Made by a program: the position numbers and the translations under genes. 37,210 bases of DNA. It comes from Trichomonas gallinae. Its lineage: Eukaryota. Positions 30,240 to 37,210 of the stretch are shown in pieces; within the stretch, counting starts at the first letter, position 1, and each line of letters begins with the position of its first letter. Below the pieces are notes generated by a model that searched no databases, had not been told where the DNA came from, and saw only the letters and a list, made by a program, of their open reading frames with translations. Where the stretch lies: NCBI GenBank assembly GCA_008369845.1, contig MRSU01005112.1, positions 1 to 37,210 of the forward strand, in the 5' to 3' direction.

Positions 30240-31979
30240 ATGCAATCTTTGTTTTTTGTTTTAGCACTGTTTAAAGTCGCACCAAGATTTATTTTCTTTA
30301 ATGAAGGACCTCTGGAAAAAGAAGAATCAGAAATCATGAATCAAGAATTGGAAATTGCTAATAAATCCATGACCACTTATGATCCCAGACCTTCTGCTAA
30401 GCTGTCCAATCTTGTGATTAAAAACTGCACGTTCTCGCAACTTTACGGATACACTGATTCTTCAACGGATGGTGCTGGAGGTGCGATTTTTGCTTCTAAT
30501 AGTGTTGTTGATATTTATGATTCATCATTTGATGCTAATGAAGCCATCAATGGTGGTGTAATTTGTTCTCTGTATTCTGTTTTGCACATTTCAAAAATAT
30601 CAGAAGGGAATTCGTTTACCAATAATTTTGCTTTTCTTGGTGGTGGTGTAGTGTTAATTAATGCAATCTCTCAATATACAATTATTCAAGATTCCAAATT
30701 CATAAATAATACAAGTGGTACAAAAGGGGGTGCGATTGCTGGATTTATCTATGATGCTGATTTAGTTATTGAGTCGTGTAAATTTATAAATAATGCAGCT
30801 GGGCATAATGGTGGAGCTATTGGATTCAGAGGAAATGACAAATTCGCTGCATTCGTATCTGATTGTGTTTTCATGGAAAATTTTGCAGGCAAAGCCACAA
30901 CTCTACAAAGAGATGTCAGCAGCTTTCTTAATTACACCGAGAAAAATGACTATAACGCACAATTTCACGGAAGAGGATGTCCTGGAATATTTTTAGAAAA
31001 AGGAAACTTAAATACACACGGTTGTACATTTTTGCATAATCACCAGTACTTCCCAAGATATAATGTTCTCGGAGATGGTGTTCACAGCACGTTTTACTTG
31101 AATGCACAAGGAGCATCAATCATGCTTGCAGATGTTTCTTCATGGATATCAGACAACGACTGCATCACAAACTATTTCACATACAATCACAACGGAGTTC
31201 CTCCTGTTCTTCATTTCTCGAAGCTGAACAAAACATGTGGTGATGTTGTTGCTAAACAGAGCATTCAAAAACCAGTTTTCCCAGTAAACGAAGGAGACGG
31301 ATCTCCTGCAAGTATTCCTCAACCTACAACCTACACTTTCCAAGCAACACCAATTACTCAAGTTCCTCAAGCAACATCAAACAACTACTCAGAATATCAT
31401 ACATATATCAAAAACAAACCTAAAACGAATAAGTATATGACACTCACTCCAGAACCAACAGACTATCGTTTCCCTCCAAATGCTAGCACAACAATCATTA
31501 CGACTAGTACTACAGTAGTAACACAATCATCGACTCTTGTAAACACAAAGGTACTTTCTGCTAAAAGTGAACAAAATACAACCACATATGTTGAAATCGA
31601 AACAACATTACTTGTCTTTCAGTCAACATACACTAATGTTATGACTGAGAAAGTCACACTATTACAACATTTTGATATAAAGCCAGGAAATGATAAAAAA
31701 GGTCCCAATATATTACTCATTGCTATTTTAGTCTCAATCGGTGTTTTGTTAATAATCATTGCTGTTGCATTGATTGTCTACTTCAAATGGAAGACTGAAC
31801 ATAAAACAACATCATCAGAAGAGACTATCGACGCTTGCGAGGGAGCCGGCACAACAAAAACACAAGTTATTCATACCAATCCGGACGAAGTCATCTGTGA
31901 TTTATCGGAGAACGAAACGCTTCAAGATGCTCCATCACACGACACTGATATGGAATACATGAATAACGACGACTTTTAA
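30240..31979 (+). CDS. Polymorphic membrane protein (Pmp)-like type I surface protein (579 aa)
   Basis: Short hydrophobic N-terminus; alternating FxxN and GGA(I/V) repeats (FINNTSGTKGGAI, FINNAAGHNGGAI, FDANEAINGGVI); Pro/Thr-rich stalk; TM helix ILLIAILVSIGVLLIIIAVALIVYF; acidic cytosolic tail. Confidence 0.88.
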   Translation: MQSLFFVLALFKVAPRFIFFNEGPLEKEESEIMNQELEIANKSMTTYDPRPSAKLSNLVIKNCTFSQLYGYTDSSTDGAGGAIFASNSVVDIYDSSFDANEAINGGVICSLYSVLHISKISEGNSFTNNFAFLGGGVVLINAISQYTIIQDSKFINNTSGTKGGAIAGFIYDADLVIESCKFINNAAGHNGGAIGFRGNDKFAAFVSDCVFMENFAGKATTLQRDVSSFLNYTEKNDYNAQFHGRGCPGIFLEKGNLNTHGCTFLHNHQYFPRYNVLGDGVHSTFYLNAQGASIMLADVSSWISDNDCITNYFTYNHNGVPPVLHFSKLNKTCGDVVAKQSIQKPVFPVNEGDGSPASIPQPTTYTFQATPITQVPQATSNNYSEYHTYIKNKPKTNKYMTLTPEPTDYRFPPNASTTIITTSTTVVTQSSTLVNTKVLSAKSEQNTTTYVEIETTLLVFQSTYTNVMTEKVTLLQHFDIKPGNDKKGPNILLIAILVSIGVLLIIIAVALIVYFKWKTEHKTTSSEETIDACEGAGTTKTQVIHTNPDEVICDLSENETLQDAPSHDTDMEYMNNDDF

Positions 31980-32458
31980 TTTATATTTTTTTGTCTTCTT
32001 TCCCTGTTTATCATAAAATATTACTCGTCCTTAGATGCAATTTTTTTTGCAATTCCAATTATCATAAGGAGCCAATCCTTAATGGCACTTTAAACAGTTC
32101 CAGTTCTAGAAAGATCATTAAAATCCGCAAGGCTAGAGCTGATGAGCTTAAATAAAGCTCAAACATTAAATTTCAAATCAAATACATTTTTATTATGATA
32201 GTATCCACATTTATAAATGATAATAAATAATTAATTGGATTTTATAATAATTCTAATCTTTATAAGTTATAAATTCATTAATTAAATCTTTGATAATAAT
32301 TTATTTTGCAATTTCTTTATTTAATCTTTCATTACAGCGTAAATATAGCAATACTTTATCTTTATTGTTTGTGTTATAAGATTGGATCAAATAAAAAACC
32401 GAAACATAAAAATTTAAATAAATAACATACAAAAATAACAATATTTGAAATGACTATA

Positions 32459-34129
32459 TCACTTCTGCTGTTTCTCGTGCATGTGGAGTTGTCTACGAGT
32501 TAAAATACGTGAGGATGTCTTAATCATATCTTCTTCCTTTCTTTCCTTCATATCCTGCTCTGAAATTACAGTGAACGGCAGTTCAATCTCTCTTCCTGCG
32601 TAAAACACAGATAATAGTGTGTTAGAAGATTCTTCAACATTATCTTTTCTTCTTCTTGAGCTTCTCTTAGTAGATTTGCTAATTTCTTTATCTGCCCACT
32701 CATCAGATGGAGTAGGCCACGGCAAATCGCTGTCAAAAGGCAAAATTAATTCTTCATCTTTTGAAATCGCGTAATTTCTCTTCGCTTTATCAGTATTCAT
32801 GGGACTTTTAACGTGATGCGCAAAAAGAAGTGCTTTAACGACACCCTTCACCTTGAACAATTTCGGATGGCAATTATAATGAAAAGATCTTTTGATAAAT
32901 TGACTGACAGAGAAACTGGTCCTGTCCGTGTCAATGACAAAGTCGCTGCCGGGCACACTTACATACGTTGACCGTATCCCATTTTCCGAGTTTGCCTCGA
33001 AAAAGTGACACATAAAACCAGGGACTTCACAAATAAACTGTCCATCATTCAAAGTAATTGTAGGCGTAATCCTCCCGTTCGCGTACGAGAGCTTCACTGG
33101 GTGCAAATTTTTGTCGTATTTGGGGATGGACATCTTTTCTAGAAGATTCTGGGCTCGCTCGCTTGTTTTAAAGGTATTGAAGGCTACAAACAGGGATGGA
33201 CGGTTCTGTGGGACCTTCTCGTAAAGTAGTTGCATGGCTAGATTATCTATAGCACTGAACAAAAGTTTTTTATCGATTTTTAAAATTTCAGTCAACGTAG
33301 AAGTCATTAAATTCCAAAATACTTCGTCTTCTTCAAACAGCGCAGAAGCAAAGGCATTGAAATATCGAGCTACCGTTTGAGTGAAATGCAATTCTCCTTT
33401 ATTAAGGTCCGCAAGTATAAAATTTCTGAATTTTCCTTTAGGAATCTTTTCAACAATCTCAGCGTAGTTAGATTCAATCATTACCGTAAAATCACGAAAC
33501 TGATTTTCAGGAAGTCTATAATATGGTACGGAAAGTTGGCCTCCACCGCAAAAAGAACATATGAATAGTGGAGGATTCCTCCCGTAGCCTAAATCCGCGC
33601 ATGATTTATGAACCCAATATTTGCATTTCACGCATTGAATAATAGGTTCATTGTATTTTTTCGAATTTCCGCATTTACATCTGATAGGTTTGTTCTTACA
33701 GAAGGGGCAAAGAAATTTCTCGTTAGGGAGACTGCGTGCGATGTTCATACAAAGTCCATGCAACCAGTAGTTGCAATTCTCGCATTGTATCATGAATCCA
33801 TCGTCGATTTGCTTTCCGCATACGCATCGAATGCCATACTGACCTGTTACTGCATCAGTATACATTTCCGGTTCGGGAAGATCGATTTCTCGTGCTGGAG
33901 TGACAGGTCTTGGGAATCTTTTTTTGATTATCGCAGGATCAATGTCATCTTTTGTCTCTGTTTGTTGAAACATCGGATTTTTTTGCTGAATTTGTTGCGG
34001 AATCTGAGGAGACACAACAGGTGTCGGTAAAACTGACCTAGCAACCTTAGGAGGCGCAGCCGTACGAACTCTCTGCCGCGGAGTCATCATTACATGATTG
34101 ATGCCTGCAACAGCAGGAATAGGTAACAT
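32459..34129 (-). CDS. Tandem PHD-finger protein with degenerate SET-like domain (Set3/MLL5-like), 556 aa
   Basis: PHD1 IRCVC..MIQCENCNYWLHGLC..FLCPFC and PHD2 IRCKC..IIQCVKCKYWVHKSC..FICSFC. SET-like GQFICEVPG..FVID..QFIKRSFHYNC..EELILPFD. Confidence 0.85.
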   Translation of the reverse strand: MLPIPAVAGINHVMMTPRQRVRTAAPPKVARSVLPTPVVSPQIPQQIQQKNPMFQQTETKDDIDPAIIKKRFPRPVTPAREIDLPEPEMYTDAVTGQYGIRCVCGKQIDDGFMIQCENCNYWLHGLCMNIARSLPNEKFLCPFCKNKPIRCKCGNSKKYNEPIIQCVKCKYWVHKSCADLGYGRNPPLFICSFCGGGQLSVPYYRLPENQFRDFTVMIESNYAEIVEKIPKGKFRNFILADLNKGELHFTQTVARYFNAFASALFEEDEVFWNLMTSTLTEILKIDKKLLFSAIDNLAMQLLYEKVPQNRPSLFVAFNTFKTSERAQNLLEKMSIPKYDKNLHPVKLSYANGRITPTITLNDGQFICEVPGFMCHFFEANSENGIRSTYVSVPGSDFVIDTDRTSFSVSQFIKRSFHYNCHPKLFKVKGVVKALLFAHHVKSPMNTDKAKRNYAISKDEELILPFDSDLPWPTPSDEWADKEISKSTKRSSRRRKDNVEESSNTLLSVFYAGREIELPFTVISEQDMKERKEEDMIKTSSRILTRRQLHMHEKQQK

Positions 34130-34662
34130 TTTTTAAAAATTTTAATTCACATCACCTCACTTGCATCCTTTTTATTTCAATCACATCAGTTTTCACTTAT
34201 TTTCTATGAGACTAAACCAGTCGACTCGCATCCCCTCAACACGCTTATATCGCACTCAAAACACAAATTCTGCTTAAAATTTCCAAAAAATTTAAGGATT
34301 AATCATCGAAATAACAAAGAAAATTGACTGAAACTCTATATATCAATATAGCTCATTATGAAAAATTAATATGCAAAATATCTAGTTCCTGCAATAATAT
34401 GTAGCTGATTTTTTTTACATCAAGATCTTTTGTGACATCATTGTTTTAAAAATATTTATCATTATTGTAAAGAGTATACATTTGGCTCTCAGATTTCTAT
34501 ATTATTTACAGAAATTCATTGAGAAAAATGAAATTTATCAGCGGAAAATGCATGAAAGTTACAATAATGTTTTTAAAATAACCTTCTTTTGCTACTATTT
34601 GCACTTCTCCCTATTTTCATTTGTAGAAACAAATCATGTCGAGATATGATTTGGATTTTGAA

Positions 34663-34748
34663 AATTTGTCATGTAAAATAGATTTTGTCATGTAAATTAT
34701 ATTCTGTCGTGTAAAGTGGATTTTGACATGTAAAACAAATTTTGTCAA
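34663..34748 (+). repeat. 19-bp-period tandem array of the TG(T/A)CRTGTAAA motif (4 full + 1 partial)
   Basis: Cores start at 34667, 34686, 34705, 34724 and 34743 (partial TGTCAAAT). Confidence 0.88.
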
Positions 34749-34757
34749 ATTTCCAAA

Positions 34758-35207
34758 ATGCCATTCATGGGAGGATTGATTGAGCTGACAAATGAGTCAG
34801 AAGGATCAGATTGCTTCAATCTCAGCTGGATGGAGAGAATGATTGGAGCAGCTATTTGCGGTTTCTTCTCTTTCTTCGCTGGTACAGTCTCAATCATGGC
34901 AATTGCTCTTTTAAGGATACGCAAGTTCGCTCTTCTATTCGCTATTATGAATATAATGCTATTTCTCTCATTGGGATTCTTAATTGGCTTCAAGAAATTA
35001 TTATCATCTATAACAACAAAAGAAAGAAGAATAGCAGCAATTACAATGTTCTTAGGCATGTTTATTACGATGTTTTTCGCTTTCGGAAAGACCAGATTGA
35101 TTGGTGTAATTCTTGGATTTATTATTGAATTCGTTTCTTTCGTGTTTATTGCACTTTCATACGTTCCAATGGGTAGAGCACTATTCCAGAAGATATTCCA
35201 TTTCTGA
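34758..35207 (+). CDS. SFT2: Got1/Sft2-family vesicle transport protein, SFT2-like (149 aa)
   Basis: CFNLSWMERMIG..C, KFALLF..GFLIGFKK, ERRIA..FITMFFA and LSYVPMGR match SFT2 motifs; four hydrophobic helices. Confidence 0.85.
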   Translation: MPFMGGLIELTNESEGSDCFNLSWMERMIGAAICGFFSFFAGTVSIMAIALLRIRKFALLFAIMNIMLFLSLGFLIGFKKLLSSITTKERRIAAITMFLGMFITMFFAFGKTRLIGVILGFIIEFVSFVFIALSYVPMGRALFQKIFHF

Positions 35208-35545
35208 AATATAATTTATTTTATTTTTTGTTTAAAATAGAGTTTTATTCAAGCATATTTCGCAAAAGCTCAATTTTAATATGGTTATAACATCAAATTA
35301 AGAAGAATAGTTGAAAATGAAATACGCAAATTAATTATTTATGTTAATTAGATATAATAACTAAATTACATAATGCACTTTGAGCTGTATAATATGACAT
35401 AGAATAGATTTTTGATGAATGTTGAATATTCATCAATTTTTGCAAAGAAAGAAAATAAGGTTATATATAAAAACAGCAGAACCTTATAACGGACGAAACT
35501 TTATTCTCACAGACAACTGACCCTCTGGCTCGAAATGAAGAGTAC

Positions 35546-36727
35546 ATGAAGATCATTGACGATAAATTGGCAGAGTTGGGAAAACTTCGCGAAGAAATGT
35601 CGAGAATTGATATCGTTATTTTACAATATAAAAAAGAATTAGAAAAAGTCAAAGAAAATCACGAAAAAATCGAACAGACAATGGTTAATCCACCATCGTC
35701 TATTAAAACAGATGACGATTCGGATGAGAATGGAATCAATCCAACGCTTTCACCAAGAATAGCAGCTTTAGCTGTTTCTGAAACGAATGATGAACAGAAA
35801 TATTACGATAATCTTGAAAAAATACAAGACTTAATCCTTCAAGTTCCAATTGAATTTAAAAAACGTGCGCAAAAACTAGTAAACATATGCGAAGAAGTAT
35901 ATAGTACACGATTATACTTGAATGATATTAAAAATATTGAAATCCCTGATAATTTTGATTTCGATCGAGTTGGATATTCATATAATATGAATAACATGCA
36001 ATTTATGGATGTAGAAAACGAAATAATATACTCAGAACCACCATTAAGACCAATTATTGCTAAAAGAAAAGAACTAGGACAGATAGAAGCAGATATTAAG
36101 AGTTTAAATCAGCGAATATCAGACAAAAGAGCAGCCCTTGAAAGGTATGCTCGTGTATATGATCTAAATGTTAAGTGTCTTGCAGCAAAAACAATTTCCA
36201 CTCAACTTCCACTAAATTCAGTATCAAATATCCTTCGTTCGGAGGAAGAAGCAAAAAATCTCGTGACAGCAAACAAAGCGAGGGCAGAAGAGCTGAAATT
36301 ACAAATCAAAAGGCTGCAAGCTGAAATTTCTCAAAAACAATTTGATAATTCACATGATATTGTTACACTTGTGAACCACATGAAACAGAAGAAAGCGGAA
36401 GAAATTAGGCTACAAAACAAGTATAGATCTTATTTAAGTGAATTATCAGCTCTAACACATGGAATTGATTTGGATTGCGATGAATCTAGTGTAAATGCTG
36501 TGAGTGAGAACATAAACAAAGTCAAACGTCAATTATCTAAGCTTCAGTATGACCCTCAGCTATATTCATGCCCAGCATATATCAATCATATTCAATTAAG
36601 AGATAATGAATTAAAAACAAAGCTACAGAAAGTGAAATCAACGAAAGAAGCTTTGCAATATAAAGTATCAATGACAAAGAGGAAATTAGAAATGGCCAAT
36701 GCAAGAATCCCAGCTGATATATTTTAA
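35546..36727 (+). CDS. Coiled-coil hypothetical protein (393 aa; the true start may be 35415)
   Basis: Long heptad-rich ORF. The frame stays open and coding-like upstream to 35471 (see findings). Confidence 0.8.
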   Translation: MKIIDDKLAELGKLREEMSRIDIVILQYKKELEKVKENHEKIEQTMVNPPSSIKTDDDSDENGINPTLSPRIAALAVSETNDEQKYYDNLEKIQDLILQVPIEFKKRAQKLVNICEEVYSTRLYLNDIKNIEIPDNFDFDRVGYSYNMNNMQFMDVENEIIYSEPPLRPIIAKRKELGQIEADIKSLNQRISDKRAALERYARVYDLNVKCLAAKTISTQLPLNSVSNILRSEEEAKNLVTANKARAEELKLQIKRLQAEISQKQFDNSHDIVTLVNHMKQKKAEEIRLQNKYRSYLSELSALTHGIDLDCDESSVNAVSENINKVKRQLSKLQYDPQLYSCPAYINHIQLRDNELKTKLQKVKSTKEALQYKVSMTKRKLEMANARIPADIF

Positions 36728-36799
36728 TTATATTATAAACTGTTTATTATTAGTTTTTCATTAAAATATATAACTTTTTCTATACATATGTATAAATTC

Positions 36800-37210
36800 T
36801 GCATATATTTGGTACATGATGGCTACACTTTTCTTCGGGTATTTGAAAATCAACATAAACGATTTCAAATGCGATCATGATCATGAATGGAAAAGCAATC
36901 ACAGACACCAGTCCTTGCTAAGATCAGAGCCAGAAACATGCTTTGGAGATTTTCAGTGCCAATCTCAGTACTGATCTTAGGGGTGAAAAATTAAGCAAGA
37001 AGATGGATAAAAAGTTCGCTGAGATTTGATGCAAAATTTGTCGAGAGGCATCCTTATCCCTTTCTTCTTGTGTTACTTTTAGTTCTTCTTTTCAACCTAG
37101 CTTATTTTTCGACTTCACCTTTTTTTAAATGTTTAAGGGTGCGCTTGCACCTTCAATTTTTTCTATGAGCTCAGTGAATTGGTCTGATCCTCCTTTTTAA
37201 AAAGAGTTGT
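36800..37210 (-). pseudogene. Possible decayed coding sequence of unknown family
   Basis: GC is higher than the flanking intergenic DNA. Minus-strand reading gives protein-like stretches (KGGSDQFTELIEKIEGASAPLNI*, KEELKVTQEERDKDASRQILHQ) broken by stops; no family recognised. Confidence 0.3.

Noticed and set aside
34663..34748. Repeat-spacer pattern as a CRISPR-like array
   Set aside because: The context is eukaryotic, the period is only 19 bp with spacers of a few bases, and there are no cas genes.
1193..35652. Numerous short ORFs overlapping real genes on the opposite strand or in another frame (e.g. 1193-1495, 2462-2716, 14491-14967, 20101-20427, 26122-26466, 33608-34030, 34745-35059)
   Set aside because: They are shadows of the coding strand's codon bias, often with non-ATG starts, F/S/L-rich and with no domain motifs.
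36917..36926. GCTAAGATCA matching the U2 snRNA 5' region
   Set aside because: It is not followed by the GTGTAGTA branch-point recognition sequence and there is no Sm-site context.
1..37210. tRNA/rRNA genes, canonical trichomonad introns (ACTAACACACAG) and Maverick/mariner transposon genes
   Set aside because: I saw no T-loop/cloverleaf, rRNA sequence, fused branch-point/acceptor motif, transposase/integrase ORF or long terminal inverted repeats; small degenerate elements could have been missed by eye.

Overview
AT-rich eukaryotic DNA with densely packed, apparently intron-less genes, very short 5' leaders and several stop codons embedded in TAAA. These traits, plus the Inr/M2/M3/M5-like promoter motifs and the gene families present (Pmp-like surface protein, non-RD kinase, ankyrin and coiled-coil proteins), point to a trichomonad, most likely Trichomonas vaginalis or a close relative (inference). 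There are 16 intact genes and one partial gene. The recognisable products are a UBX protein, two ankyrin proteins, an importin-beta-like HEAT protein, RPS28, a Rap1-type Myb-like protein, TRAPPC8/Trs85-like, AP-1 sigma, a Ser/Thr kinase, a Pmp-like membrane protein, a tandem-PHD/degenerate-SET protein and SFT2; the other five are coiled-coil proteins. A decayed ABCA-transporter pseudogene (about 18256-18850, minus strand) is missed by the ORF track. The most striking unexplained signal is an 11-bp intergenic motif, TG(A/T/C)CRTGTAAA. It sits 23-26 nt upstream of the ATG in three genes, forms a 19-bp-period array upstream of SFT2, and clusters near all three recognisable membrane-trafficking genes, so it is a candidate core-promoter or regulon element. 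All family assignments come from motif recognition by eye; no database searches were run.
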